A stretch of 64,000 bases of DNA from Candidatus Omnitrophota bacterium (GTDB lineage Bacteria > Omnitrophota > Gorgyraeia > Zapsychrales > JANLHA01), in NCBI GenBank assembly GCA_020632555.1, contig JACKFI010000001.1, positions 133,152-197,151 on the forward strand, written 5' to 3'. Both the position numbers and the translations under genes were made by a program. This document shows, in pieces, positions 39,051 to 50,008 of the stretch. Numbering within the stretch: position 1 is the stretch's first letter; the number at the start of each line of letters is the position of its first letter. A model generated the notes under the pieces. The model was not told the DNA's origin. It did no database searches and saw nothing but the letters and a program-made list of their open reading frames with translations.

Positions 39051-39230
39051 TGCTATCTTTTGATACTATAAATATCTTTAAATCTTTATGCAGATCCCCA
39101 ATAAAATCCTTCGGGGATGACAACTAATTAGGATTGCCGCGCCCCTTCGGGGCCCGCAATGACAAATCTTTTCGATTTGGTTCTCGTCGAAAAGGGACTC
39201 ACTGCGTTCGCAATGACAACACTTCTAATT

Positions 39231-39512
39231 CTATCTTTTCTCGCTATTAGCGGGTTGGTTGATTCGATAAACCACTTCACCATTGCGAATCAGGCCCATC
39301 TTTTCGCGGCCTACTTTTTCTAAATAAATCGGGTCTTCTTCCAAGCGCCGCTTTTCTTCTAACATCTTAATTTTACGCAACTTAAGCGCCTCAATCTTGT
39401 CGCTATACTCCACATTCTTCTGTCGCAAATCTTGAAGTTTTGTATAAGACGGCAAAAAAATATAAAGAGCGAGAATCGCAAAACCAAAAAGCCAAAGGGC
39501 GTTTTTTATCAT
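39231..39512 (-). CDS. ftsB: Cell division protein FtsB/DivIC (septum formation initiator)
   Basis: 93 aa; N-terminal TM plus coiled coil; conserved position downstream of eno. Confidence 0.7.
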   Translation of the reverse strand: MIKNALWLFGFAILALYIFLPSYTKLQDLRQKNVEYSDKIEALKLRKIKMLEEKRRLEEDPIYLEKVGREKMGLIRNGEVVYRINQPANSEKR

Positions 39513-39579
39513 CGTAATCAGAAGTTAGAATTTAGTGGAAAATATTTTTTCCCAACTAGCCGCTAACCACCCGTTGCTA

Positions 39580-40854
39580 TTAATATATCTTGCCCCACAA
39601 AGCGCCGGCATAAACTGCTTTTTTGCCAAGCTGTTCTTCAATACGCAAAAGTTCATTATACTTGCAAAGCCGATCGGTGCGCGATAAAGATCCGGTCTTA
39701 ATCTGCCCAACGCCGGTGGCAACAGCCAAATGCGCAATGGTGGTGTCTTCTGTCTCGCCTGAGCGATGAGAAATAATCGATGTATATTTGTTCTTTTTAG
39801 CCAAATTCACGGTATCCAATGTTTCGGACAAACTGCCGATCTGATTGACTTTAACCAAAATCGAATTGGCAACGCCCCTATTAATACCGTCTTTTAAACG
39901 TTTGACATTGGTCACAAACAAATCATCTCCAACCAGCTGAACTTTCGCAGCTAATTTATCAGTCATAACCTTCCAACCGTCCCAATCATTTTCATCCAAA
40001 CCATCTTCGATAGAAACAATCGGATAATTCTTGAGCATGCTGGCATATACCGCGATCATTTCGTCAGCGGTATTAATTTTGCCATTGTAATTGTAACCAC
40101 CTTTTTTATCAAAAAAGGAAGCCGCCGCGCAATCTAACGCGATAGAAATATCTTTGCCTGGTTTATAACCGGCTTTGCTGATCGCGTCGATAATCAAAGA
40201 CAAGGCTTCTTCATTCTTGCCCAAGTTCGGCGCGAAACCACCTTCGTCACCGACGGAGGTAGAAAGTTTTTTGTCATGCAAAATTTTCTTTAAGTTATGA
40301 AAAACTTCGGTCGCCATGCGAATCGCTTCGCTAAACGTTGGTGCGCCGATGGGAGCGATCATAAATTCTTGAATGTCCAGATTATTGTCCGCGTGCAAAC
40401 CGCCGTTTAAAATATTCATCAAAGGCACCGGCAAGATGCTGGCCCGATTGCCACCCAAATAACGATACAGCGGTTCTTCCTTATCTTCTGCGGTCGCCTT
40501 GGCAACAGCCATCGAAACGCCCAAAATCGCATTGGCGCCCAATTTGGATTTGTTTTCAGTGCCGTCTAAATCTAATAAAATTTGATCGATATCTTGGAAG
40601 TCAGCCTTTTGGCCTTTGATTTTTTTAGCAATCAAGGTGTTCACATTGTCAACAGCTTTGGTAACGCCTTTGCCCATCCAACGGCTTTTGTCCCCGTCGC
40701 GCAATTCGATAGCTTCGTATTCTCCCGTCGATGCGCCTGATGGAACCGCTGCGCGTCCGAAAGCGCCGCTGCCCAAAAGAACGTCAACCTCAACGGTTGG
40801 ATTACCACGAGAATCAATGATCTGTCTTGCTTTCACTGCTTTAATTTTTGCCAT
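39580..40854 (-). CDS. eno: Enolase
   Basis: 424 aa; canonical enolase N-terminus ([14 protein letters not shown]...[10 protein letters not shown]) and catalytic blocks. Confidence 0.95.
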   Translation of the reverse strand: MAKIKAVKARQIIDSRGNPTVEVDVLLGSGAFGRAAVPSGASTGEYEAIELRDGDKSRWMGKGVTKAVDNVNTLIAKKIKGQKADFQDIDQILLDLDGTENKSKLGANAILGVSMAVAKATAEDKEEPLYRYLGGNRASILPVPLMNILNGGLHADNNLDIQEFMIAPIGAPTFSEAIRMATEVFHNLKKILHDKKLSTSVGDEGGFAPNLGKNEEALSLIIDAISKAGYKPGKDISIALDCAAASFFDKKGGYNYNGKINTADEMIAVYASMLKNYPIVSIEDGLDENDWDGWKVMTDKLAAKVQLVGDDLFVTNVKRLKDGINRGVANSILVKVNQIGSLSETLDTVNLAKKNKYTSIISHRSGETEDTTIAHLAVATGVGQIKTGSLSRTDRLCKYNELLRIEEQLGKKAVYAGALWGKIY

Positions 40855-41031
40855 GTCGCTATCCTTTTGAAAAATAATTTATAATGAACTCTAAAAGTGG
40901 AGAAAACTGCGATTTACCTGCTTTAAGAATATGGACAAGTTATCATAGTTCCTTTTTAAAGTCAAGGTTTGTGAACTTTATGCTATACTTTAACCTGCAA
41001 TCTTAAGAGAACTTTTACCCAAGGACACGCT

Positions 41032-42720
41032 ATGAAGCGCCTCGTTATCTATCTTAAACTTTATTGGTTAAGAATCATTTTTGCCACAATCATCCTCATT
41101 GGAATATATTTCACAATACAATTTTTAATTTATTGCGTTCACAACTTTAATATGCTGGAAGATTTCAGTAAACGGCAGATTTCTGGTCAAATGGCGCTGC
41201 TTTTGCCGATGTTTGTTCTGGTCAACCTGATCGCACTACCTATTATGCTCGGGATGCAATATTATTTTATGCAAGGCGGATTGGCTGGCTCAATGGGCCG
41301 GGAAAAATTAGATCGCGAAAAAGTCAATGTTCATTGGTCAGAAGTTATTGGCATGGAAAGTGCCAAACGCGAGGCCTGGGAATTGGTCAAACTTCTCAAA
41401 GACCGTCATCTAGTCAAAGTCATTGGCGGAAAAATCATCAAAGGAACCATGATGATCGGCCCGCCGGGCTGCGGAAAAACTTATCTGGCCAAAGCCATTG
41501 CCACCGAATGCGGTTTCCCTTTTTTATCTGCCGTCGGTAGTGAATTCGTCGGAATTTTTATCGGCGTTGGTGCCGCACGCATGAAATCAATGTTTAAGCA
41601 AGCTCGCGCCTTGGCGAAGATGGAAGGCGGATGTCTCATTTTTATCGATGAAATTGATTCTTTTGCTCGACCACGCCAAGCTGAACGCGGATTCGGCGGA
41701 GCAACAGATCACAATGCCACCATCAATCAGTTTTTAACTGAACTCGATGGTTTACGAAAAACAGAAAACAATGTCGTTGTCATCGCGGCAACCAATGTGC
41801 CTGAAAATGAATTAGACCCAGCTATTATGCGGTCTGGACGCTTTGACCGCAAAATCCATATCACGCTCCCAAATCTCGAAGAACGCGTCGAGCTTTTTAA
41901 ATTTTATTTAAACCGTATCAAATGCGATGCCTCCGTCGATGCCCAACTCTTGGCAAGAAAAGCTTTATGGTTTACTCCATCGGATATTGATTCCATGGTG
42001 CGTGAAGCCGTTTTAATCGCCTTGCGAGATATCCGTGATGTTATTTCAACAAAAGACATTTCCGAAGCTTATGATCGAGTCACCTTTGGATTGAAAGCCA
42101 ATATCACTTTATCTGAAAAAGAAAAAATCTGGACCGCCTATCACGAAGCTGGTCACGCTGTCATTTCTTATCTGACGCATCCTTCTAACGACGTTATTAA
42201 AGCTTCTATAATTCCTCACAAAGGAAACCTAGGTTTTGTTTTTCAACGCCCAACGGAAGAACTGCATTCTTCTAACCGCGAACACTTACTAGCAAATATT
42301 AAAGTCAGCGTTGCCAGTTTTGTCGCCGAACAAATGAAATTCAACTCCACCTCCAGTGGTGTCGGCGGCGGCCGCGGCAGTGACTTTGATACGGCCATGC
42401 GCATTGCCCACGCGATGGTTTGGCAATACGGCATGGGCAAATCTGGCTTGCTGGGCGATTTTCATGCCATCAGCACTCAGCAAGAACTTCCCTTGGTATC
42501 CGAAAAAACAAAAGAAATTCTCGACCACGACGTACAAGACATTTTACAATCCTGCATCAAAGAGGTTCGCGAAATCCTGACAGCCAAAAATGAAATTCTT
42601 GAACACTTTGCCCAAGAACTTTTACGCAAAGGCGAATTAGAATACGATGAGATTGAAGCTATTTTCAATAAGTTCGGCGCCCGAGCGGCATCACGACCAA
42701 TACAAAGCAATGAAATATAA
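41032..42720 (+). CDS. FtsH-family AAA+ zinc metalloprotease (short N-terminal membrane anchor)
   Basis: 562 aa; Walker A GPPGCGKT; AAA second region; zinc-binding HEAGHAV. Confidence 0.75.
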   Translation: MKRLVIYLKLYWLRIIFATIILIGIYFTIQFLIYCVHNFNMLEDFSKRQISGQMALLLPMFVLVNLIALPIMLGMQYYFMQGGLAGSMGREKLDREKVNVHWSEVIGMESAKREAWELVKLLKDRHLVKVIGGKIIKGTMMIGPPGCGKTYLAKAIATECGFPFLSAVGSEFVGIFIGVGAARMKSMFKQARALAKMEGGCLIFIDEIDSFARPRQAERGFGGATDHNATINQFLTELDGLRKTENNVVVIAATNVPENELDPAIMRSGRFDRKIHITLPNLEERVELFKFYLNRIKCDASVDAQLLARKALWFTPSDIDSMVREAVLIALRDIRDVISTKDISEAYDRVTFGLKANITLSEKEKIWTAYHEAGHAVISYLTHPSNDVIKASIIPHKGNLGFVFQRPTEELHSSNREHLLANIKVSVASFVAEQMKFNSTSSGVGGGRGSDFDTAMRIAHAMVWQYGMGKSGLLGDFHAISTQQELPLVSEKTKEILDHDVQDILQSCIKEVREILTAKNEILEHFAQELLRKGELEYDEIEAIFNKFGARAASRPIQSNEI

Positions 42721-43693
42721 CTTTCTTTTTCTTTGTTTGCTCAGCGGACTCATTTGCACGCCTTTGGCTTGTGCACCCCAAAACGTACCCCAAAAAGTTT
42801 CACTGACCTCTGCGCAGGAAAAATTTCTTAAACTCTGCCATGAAGAGCTCAAGTACGAGGTCTCCGTGTTTCCCAAGGGCAAAACGCTGTGGGTTTATGT
42901 TCCGCTGTCTGATAATATCAGCATTCTCAAAGCGGCACCCAAAAACCAAACACCGCCGGCGGATACCATAGAAAGCTGGTCCATCAATTTTCTAAAAAGC
43001 ACGTTTGAAAACAAAACATTTGTGATCAGCTATGACATTACGCCGACTAAGAAATATGATCAACCCCTAACATATAAAAATAGCTATTCCGATGAATATT
43101 CGAAGAAACAAAGAGAAGTCTTAACCGCTTTGACGCGCGCGTATTTTGATGTCGGGCAAAAGAACATCGACAGTTCTTTGACCGTTGGCAATCAAGCCGA
43201 TACGACCAGCGATAAACCCCTAGTCAAAAACATTGCCGAGGGCATTTTGCCGCCAGAGAAAGAAGCCGCGCCTCCCGAATTCTTTGTCACAATCTTTGCC
43301 GACATCAAAAACGGGGTCGCGGTAAAAACCACCAACTATTTTGAAGATATGCGCATGGCTCTCTCAAACCCGCCGGCTATTTCTAACGACGAATATGCCA
43401 AACGTTTTGTTTATGAAATATTGGGAGATGAGAAGATGATTGGCAATACAACCGGTACCAATCTAGAAATGAATGAAATCATTTTGAGCGATTTTTTGGC
43501 CAAACAAATCGAAACCCGCATCAAATACCAGTTCACGCAAAGTAATTTTCCTCCCACGGGACAAGTGCTAGATGAGATTTGGACTATCGTCGGAGAAACC
43601 TGCCGTTTGTATCAATTCAAGGATTTCGAGAAAATCAAACTCATTGACCTGCAGACTCAAAAAGAATCAACTTTCGATAAAAGCCAACTTTAG
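42710..43693 (+). CDS. Secreted hypothetical protein
   Basis: Signal peptide MKYNFLFLCLLSGLICTPLACA; the track ORF starts earlier (42647) but the ATG at 42710 fits a signal peptide and avoids overlap with the upstream gene. Confidence 0.4.
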   Translation: MKYNFLFLCLLSGLICTPLACAPQNVPQKVSLTSAQEKFLKLCHEELKYEVSVFPKGKTLWVYVPLSDNISILKAAPKNQTPPADTIESWSINFLKSTFENKTFVISYDITPTKKYDQPLTYKNSYSDEYSKKQREVLTALTRAYFDVGQKNIDSSLTVGNQADTTSDKPLVKNIAEGILPPEKEAAPPEFFVTIFADIKNGVAVKTTNYFEDMRMALSNPPAISNDEYAKRFVYEILGDEKMIGNTTGTNLEMNEIILSDFLAKQIETRIKYQFTQSNFPPTGQVLDEIWTIVGETCRLYQFKDFEKIKLIDLQTQKESTFDKSQL

Positions 43694-44535
43694 AACTCCA
43701 CGCCCACTTTCATGCCGACGATAATTGAAGTATTCTCGAATTCTTGCTGTGATTTAGCCGCTTGCACGCCGGTGTGGAAAACGGGCTTCACCTCCGAGCT
43801 GTCGATGCTCCAATAATCCACGTAAGGCTCAAAAATATAATTTTTGTCACTCATTTCTTTACGAATTTGGATAGAAATTTTAAAACCATACCCGGAATCT
43901 TGGTCATTATCAACATCACCAAATAAAGGGTCCAAATCACTCAAATAGGTCGTTTGTTTGCCAGACCAAAAGAAATCATATTCTGCCTTGACTCCAGCCG
44001 ACCAACCTTTGGCTAATGGGGTATTGGTTTCAAAACCCAACGGCGTGTACAAATATTCAGAAACTCGTCGATATCCCGCATTAACTTTTTGCAATTGATC
44101 TTTCAAATAACGATAACCAATCCCGGCAAATGGCGTGATCGTCGTGTCTGAAAATATCGAAAAATCATAGCCAGCCAAACCGCGAAATTCACTGATAAAG
44201 TTTTTAACATCCTGAATCTCATAATAACGATCATCATAAAGATAACCGTTAAAATCAACTCTGCCGAAGATAATGCGGCCATCAACTTTGAGCATAACCT
44301 TGGAAAATTGTTCCACCCACGATTCTCCCCGATACGTGTACGAACCCGACAAACCATACAAAAATCCATTTTCTTCCATAGCTGTTTCTTTAAAATCGTA
44401 ATAGCCCGCCTCGGGACTTAAAGTGATGGTATGTGTTTTAGGTTCCAAAGCGTCGACCGCACCAGGAGCCAAAGCACAAACTAAAAATAATACAACAATC
44501 AATATCGCAAACCTTGGCATAATCAACCTCCTCAA
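43690..44535 (-). CDS. Outer-membrane beta-barrel protein
   Basis: 281 aa; signal peptide; amphipathic strands; C-terminal ...VGVEF. Confidence 0.4.
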   Translation of the reverse strand: MRRLIMPRFAILIVVLFLVCALAPGAVDALEPKTHTITLSPEAGYYDFKETAMEENGFLYGLSGSYTYRGESWVEQFSKVMLKVDGRIIFGRVDFNGYLYDDRYYEIQDVKNFISEFRGLAGYDFSIFSDTTITPFAGIGYRYLKDQLQKVNAGYRRVSEYLYTPLGFETNTPLAKGWSAGVKAEYDFFWSGKQTTYLSDLDPLFGDVDNDQDSGYGFKISIQIRKEMSDKNYIFEPYVDYWSIDSSEVKPVFHTGVQAAKSQQEFENTSIIVGMKVGVEF

Positions 44536-44568
44536 AAATTAAAATAAAACATACGTTGCCGTCCCATT

Positions 44569-44982
44569 TTATTGCCTGGGCAGAACAAAAAGCGGTAAAG
44601 ACGCACAATTGATTCCGTCAACGGCCAAATCAATAGAATACTCGCCGATCCTTTCAACTTTTAATCCATGAATATTAAGAATCAAATTGGCTGAACCTGT
44701 CCGTTGTTGATCAGGAAAATTCACATGAATCACTCCTGTTGTAGACGGAATAATGTGCTTGCCGTCGATATCCACAAAATTGACCGTAATGCGATGCTCT
44801 CCGCGCTCCTGATTATTAAATCGAATGCGCAAAACAACCGCGCATTGAGGATGAACTCCAGGAACTTGCTTAATCCACAACGTGTCAAACGCGCCTAAAA
44901 TATTTAATTTGCCGGTATCATTGGTCGCGGCATCACAAAGAGAAAACACTTCAATATTCATAAGCCCAAACCCTTTCTTCAA
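44569..44982 (-). CDS. Hypothetical protein
   Basis: 137 aa ORF; no motif. Confidence 0.3.
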   Translation of the reverse strand: MKKGFGLMNIEVFSLCDAATNDTGKLNILGAFDTLWIKQVPGVHPQCAVVLRIRFNNQERGEHRITVNFVDIDGKHIIPSTTGVIHVNFPDQQRTGSANLILNIHGLKVERIGEYSIDLAVDGINCASLPLFVLPRQ

Positions 44983-45234
44983 AAGTCACGGCTTGGATTA
45001 TAGCATTGAAACGAATATGAGAAAATTATTTGATCCCAAATTTTGCATTACAACACAGTGCGCGACGATACGTTGCGCACAAAAAAGTGAAATGCAAAAT
45101 TTGCCTTCGGTTCTGGTTTTTCTCGAGACATGCGGCCCTTTGGGCGAAGTTTGCTTGGCCTCGCAGAGGCGAGGCTAATGCAAAATTCGGGTTAATTACG
45201 ACAAGCATCAGGAAGAATCAACGTGCATGAGAAT

Positions 45235-45870
45235 TTATTGCGAGTTTTCTGCTTTAACTTCGGGCTTTTCTAAAATTGTGACGCGTCGGCCTTTGACTTT
45301 CAACCGCTGATCAGCCATCAAAACCACAGCTTGTGGATAAATTCGATGCTCGACACGATGGATTTTGGCTTCCAAAGTTTCTAAGGTGTCCTCTTCATTG
45401 ATCTTAACAGTATCCTGTAAAATAATCGGGCCATTGTCCATTTTTTCATTGACAAAATGCACAGTCACGCCGGTCTGCTTGACACCGTAAGTAAACGCGT
45501 CTTTAATGCCGTGAGCGCCTTTAAATGATGGCAGCAATGACGGGTGGACGTTAATAATTTTATTGGGGTACTCTTTGATAAAATACGGGGTCAATAAGCG
45601 CATATAACCGGCTAAAACAAGAAAATCAATTTTATGCTCTTTGAGCGCGATCACAATATCACGGTCAACACTTTGTCGATTGGTGTAATTGTCAGGAGAG
45701 AAGACCAGAGTTTTGATGCCAGCTTTTTCAGCACGCTTGAGACCAAAGGCTTTATCAGTGCTGGAAATGACCAAAGACAATTCAGCTTTGATCTCACCGT
45801 TTGCGACGCTATCAATAATCGCTTGCAAATTGCTGCCATTGCCTGAAATAAAAACCGCAAACTTTTGCAT
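45235..45870 (-). CDS. purN: Phosphoribosylglycinamide formyltransferase
   Basis: 211 aa; PurN motifs (AVFISGNGSNLQAI, NVHPSLLPSFKGAHG). Confidence 0.85.
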   Translation of the reverse strand: MQKFAVFISGNGSNLQAIIDSVANGEIKAELSLVISSTDKAFGLKRAEKAGIKTLVFSPDNYTNRQSVDRDIVIALKEHKIDFLVLAGYMRLLTPYFIKEYPNKIINVHPSLLPSFKGAHGIKDAFTYGVKQTGVTVHFVNEKMDNGPIILQDTVKINEEDTLETLEAKIHRVEHRIYPQAVVLMADQRLKVKGRRVTILEKPEVKAENSQ

Positions 45871-45974
45871 ATCAATCTCTTGTCCTTTTTGCTGACTTAC
45901 TTAAAGTACGTCAATTATGCCCTGTTTTGGTCGAAAAATCAAGGTAAGCGGATAAAAGAACTTAAAAAGAACAA

Positions 45975-47996
45975 TTAAGGACGATGTTGAAGTTTTTTCT
46001 CGAGGGTTTGCAATTGCAGTTCAATTTTTTCAAAGGTCTGATCTTGTAAGCGCATTTGATTGTTCTGCTCTTTGAGCGCGCCGGTTAGAACCGCGGTAAT
46101 GCCCATCGGATCAACACTTCTGCGACCTTCTTCAGCGACGAACTCCGGAACATCTTCGGCAATAAACCCGACGTGATGTTCCTCATGATTGACTTTATAA
46201 TTATAAGTCACAGGCTGCAATTCTTTGACCACTTCTAAAGCTTGGCGGGTATCTAATGGATAGATATGCTCTTTATACTCGCGGCTGGATAAAGTCATCC
46301 ACGTTCCAACATCGTCCAAATGCGCATTATTACCAAAATGCAAAGGGTAGGCCGGATCAGGTCGTCCAACACCAATTCGACCATTATTTTTAACCATAAA
46401 AATATCTCCAGCGGTTGCGGAGTTCTGTGAAGTCACAGCAAAAAAATCGTCCCCATTATTAATTTTTATATCTAAAATCGCACTGGGCGCAGTGTTACGA
46501 ATACCGAATTTGGGATTATTGGTACTGGGCGCAATAATAAACGCATCCGAGGCTGAAATCGAAACAGCTGATATGGAATACCCCCACACAAAAGATCGAT
46601 TTGCGCTATTAATCAAATTCATATAACGTCCTCCTGCCCATGAATAATCGCCCAAAACCGTATTATTTCGACCATTGCTAATGACTGAATAATTTCCTGA
46701 AACATCATTATTCACACCACCAACAACTATTGAAGAACGTCCAGCCCTATTATTAGCCCCTCCCCAAATAACCGCATAATCCCCAGATGTCACATTTCCT
46801 GTTCCACCCATAATCGCCGACCAAGAGCCATTAACTGTATTGCTCCTGCCTCCATCAATCACTGAATACAAACCATTCGCGGTATTGGTCAATCCTCCCG
46901 CAATAAATGAATAACTCGCCAACGCATTATTTGATTGCCCCCCGCCGACCACAGCATAAGGACCAGCTGAATTTTGACAACCGCCACTGACCACAGAATA
47001 AATACCGGGATCGTGATGCAATGTGCCGCCGGAAATAGTAAAATAATCGGCCGCAACAGTTTTGGTCGGATCCGTTAAACAATTTGGAAAAACCCATTGC
47101 GCATTATTACTACTGCCGCCGGTGATCGTCGCACCGACTCCTGCCGCAACATTACAAGAACCACTAAAAACAACATTATAATCATTTCGTGTTTGGCTTG
47201 ATTCTCCACCGACAACAGAAGCTCTCCCCTGCACATCACTTCGCTCACCCCAATTGACAGCATACTGACTGAAAACATCTGTTTTTAAACCGCCCAAATT
47301 AGCTGAATAATCTCCGGAAGCTTTTGAATACCGTCCAAATGCAACTGCAGCTAACCCACTGGCCTTAATATTGTCTTTACCTAAAGCAATTGAATAATCG
47401 CCAATATTGCCATCATTCCAAGCATCGGAAAAATCTTCTTCCCCCCAAAAATGCGTTAAATGTCCAACACGAAAAGCCGCTTTACGAGGATACCAAATCA
47501 TTTGCACCGCCCCTTCAAAACTAGACTCAGCAATAGCAGGCAAGTCAGGCAAAAGTTGGCCACTGCCCAATTGCCCCATCGCTAAAATACCGCCATCATT
47601 TTCTAAAGTCAGCTTGAATTCCGGAACAGTCGTGCCAATACCCACAAAAATATTGGGATTGGTGACTATCGCAGTTGGAAAAACATCATTGCCCGACTGG
47701 GTCCAAGAGCTTTCCAACAATGTCCATTGTCCATTTCCACTGCCATCATCAAAACAATAATGCAATTGATCTGTCCCCTGCTTAACAGACAATGTCCCAA
47801 GCGCACAAGGGGTGGATAATACTTGCGGCAATAAAGTCACTCGATCATAAGCGCCTTGCGGTGCCGGATAATATGTCGTTAATGTAAGACTCTCAGCCAA
47901 CGCAGACAAAGAACTCAATACAATCAAAGCGACGCTGATCGCCCCAATTTGAATTGAGCGTAAAAAACCATCGTCTCTGTGCTGAGCCTTTTGCAT
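45975..47996 (-). CDS. Secreted fibre protein with C-terminal peptidase S74 intramolecular-chaperone domain (paralog 1)
   Basis: 673 aa; signal peptide; conserved N-terminal YYPAPQGAY...RVTLLP block; Gly/Asn/Ser-rich ~14-aa periodic middle; C-terminal SSREYKEHI...HVGFIAEDVPE auto-processing chaperone signature; terminal coiled coil. Confidence 0.7.
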   Translation of the reverse strand: MQKAQHRDDGFLRSIQIGAISVALIVLSSLSALAESLTLTTYYPAPQGAYDRVTLLPQVLSTPCALGTLSVKQGTDQLHYCFDDGSGNGQWTLLESSWTQSGNDVFPTAIVTNPNIFVGIGTTVPEFKLTLENDGGILAMGQLGSGQLLPDLPAIAESSFEGAVQMIWYPRKAAFRVGHLTHFWGEEDFSDAWNDGNIGDYSIALGKDNIKASGLAAVAFGRYSKASGDYSANLGGLKTDVFSQYAVNWGERSDVQGRASVVGGESSQTRNDYNVVFSGSCNVAAGVGATITGGSSNNAQWVFPNCLTDPTKTVAADYFTISGGTLHHDPGIYSVVSGGCQNSAGPYAVVGGGQSNNALASYSFIAGGLTNTANGLYSVIDGGRSNTVNGSWSAIMGGTGNVTSGDYAVIWGGANNRAGRSSIVVGGVNNDVSGNYSVISNGRNNTVLGDYSWAGGRYMNLINSANRSFVWGYSISAVSISASDAFIIAPSTNNPKFGIRNTAPSAILDIKINNGDDFFAVTSQNSATAGDIFMVKNNGRIGVGRPDPAYPLHFGNNAHLDDVGTWMTLSSREYKEHIYPLDTRQALEVVKELQPVTYNYKVNHEEHHVGFIAEDVPEFVAEEGRRSVDPMGITAVLTGALKEQNNQMRLQDQTFEKIELQLQTLEKKLQHRP

Positions 47997-48011
47997 ATTT
48001 TTATCCCTGTC

Positions 48012-50006
48012 TTATTTCTCTAACCTTGTCCGCAATACTTTAATTCTTTCTTCAATCAGCTGAATCTTGTGTTCCCGTTGTTCAATTTCAGATTGTTGAT
48101 TTTGAACAACCTTGGTTAAAACGGCAACAATATCCATTGTGCTCAAAGTTTTGCGGTCTTTAACCGCAACTAAACTCGGAACATCTTCGGCAATAAATCC
48201 AATATTCGTATGATCAGGATCATTTTTATATTCAAATGTAACCGGATTTAATTGCTCAAAAGCTTGCTGGGCATCTGCTCCTGTCAGCGGAATAATATTT
48301 TCTTTAAGCTTGCGGCTAGATCCATTTTCCCAGGATCCTCCAGAACTCACATAAGCCCCATTGCCAAACTCCATTGCATAAGTAGGATTTGTTGGCATTA
48401 TTTTTTGGCTGCCAATATAACCATTTCTTTTCACAATAAAAACATCCCCAGAAGTTATTTTTCCCAAAGCCAAGAAATTATCAGCAGTTCCGTTGGCATT
48501 AACTTCTAAAACACCAACCGGATTAGTATCCCTGATCCCAACTCTGGGATTCCAAACAACTCCGCCAATCGTTCCCGGCGCAATAATAAATGCATCCGGC
48601 ACAACAATAGAAACCGCTGTATCAGAATATCCCCACGCAAAAGTTCGCTGCGCGGTACTTGTCAAATTCATAAAACGTCCCCCAGCCCAAGAATAATCGC
48701 CATCTACTATATTGTCCGTCCCACCCATGATCGTAGAATACCCGCCGTAAGCTCTGTTTCGCTCACCCCCCGCGATCACAGAATAATTATAGCTAGCATC
48801 ATTTTGCCACCCACCACCTATAATCTGGCCGAAACCTCCGCGAATCACATTCGTGCGTCCACTAGAAATAAACGAATACCTATTACCAGTTAAAATGGAA
48901 TTGCTGTCCCCACCGGAAATTCGCACATATTCACCAGCTGGACTAAACACAGAAACGTATTCACCGGTTTTATTCGCCAAGCCACCGCCAATGCTTGAAT
49001 AAGGTCCCTCAACAATATTGCCCTCACCCCCCAAAACAATAGAATAATCAGATCTGACTTTATTGTCCTTACCCCCACCAATCAGCGAATACCCCGTCGG
49101 AACACCAAAATCAGTAAAATCAATTAAATTATTAAAACCACCATTGATGTTTGAATATGGAATTGTGACACGATTTTGTGCCCCGCCGGCAACAACACTA
49201 TAAATCGCAGTGGCCTGATTATCTAAACCCCCAAGAATCGCAGAAAAATCTCCGGAAACCACATTGTTTTCTCCACCCCAAAGTGCCGCATATCGACCAC
49301 TGGCCATATTGTCCTTGCCACCGCCAACCGCTGAAAAATCCGCACTGGCCGTGTTCCTAAATCCACTGCCAACCACAGAATATAATGCACTGGCAATATT
49401 TCCATCGCCGCCGCCGATAGCTGAATAATGTCCACTGGCCCTTGTATTCTTTCCAAAAGCCGTGGAATAATTGCCGATATTCCCATTGTCCCATTGAGCC
49501 CCATCAACATAACCGGCGCGAATCGCGGCTTTACGCGGATACCAAATAAACCGGCTGCCCGCTCCTAAATTCGGCAAGGTCGCGCCACTGCCAAATGTCC
49601 CCTTAGCCATAATCCCGCCATCTTTTATTAAAGTCAGTTTTGAATCCGGCGTGTTGGTCCCAATCCCAACACGCAATAAAGGATTGCTCAAAGTATCTTT
49701 CAAATAAATATCATCATTCGTTTGCATCCAAACATCACTAAGCGCTTCCCACGCACCATTACCGCTGCCATCATTGTGACAATACTGAAGACTCCCCAAA
49801 GAATTCACATACAAAGATCCAATCGGACAAGCCGCAGTCAAGTCTGCGCGTGGCAGTAAACGAAAAGTGTCATATTCCCCTACCAATGAAGGATAATAAA
49901 TATCCATTTTCATTTCTGGGCTCGCCTGCGCAACGGGGACAAACACAAATCCCGTACAAATGAGGAGAAGAATTAGGAAAAGTTTTTTTGAATTATTTAT
50001 CATCAT
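48012..50006 (-). CDS. Secreted fibre protein with C-terminal peptidase S74 domain (paralog 2)
   Basis: 664 aa; same architecture (YYPSLVGEY..., SSRKLKENI...NIGFIAEDVPS). Confidence 0.7.
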   Translation of the reverse strand: MMINNSKKLFLILLLICTGFVFVPVAQASPEMKMDIYYPSLVGEYDTFRLLPRADLTAACPIGSLYVNSLGSLQYCHNDGSGNGAWEALSDVWMQTNDDIYLKDTLSNPLLRVGIGTNTPDSKLTLIKDGGIMAKGTFGSGATLPNLGAGSRFIWYPRKAAIRAGYVDGAQWDNGNIGNYSTAFGKNTRASGHYSAIGGGDGNIASALYSVVGSGFRNTASADFSAVGGGKDNMASGRYAALWGGENNVVSGDFSAILGGLDNQATAIYSVVAGGAQNRVTIPYSNINGGFNNLIDFTDFGVPTGYSLIGGGKDNKVRSDYSIVLGGEGNIVEGPYSSIGGGLANKTGEYVSVFSPAGEYVRISGGDSNSILTGNRYSFISSGRTNVIRGGFGQIIGGGWQNDASYNYSVIAGGERNRAYGGYSTIMGGTDNIVDGDYSWAGGRFMNLTSTAQRTFAWGYSDTAVSIVVPDAFIIAPGTIGGVVWNPRVGIRDTNPVGVLEVNANGTADNFLALGKITSGDVFIVKRNGYIGSQKIMPTNPTYAMEFGNGAYVSSGGSWENGSSRKLKENIIPLTGADAQQAFEQLNPVTFEYKNDPDHTNIGFIAEDVPSLVAVKDRKTLSTMDIVAVLTKVVQNQQSEIEQREHKIQLIEERIKVLRTRLEK

Positions 50007-50008
50007 AT

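Noticed and set aside
42647-42709. Upstream extension of the 348-aa secreted protein ORF
   Set aside because: The extension overlaps the FtsH-like gene's 3' end and lacks a signal peptide. The ATG at 42710 gives a canonical signal sequence.
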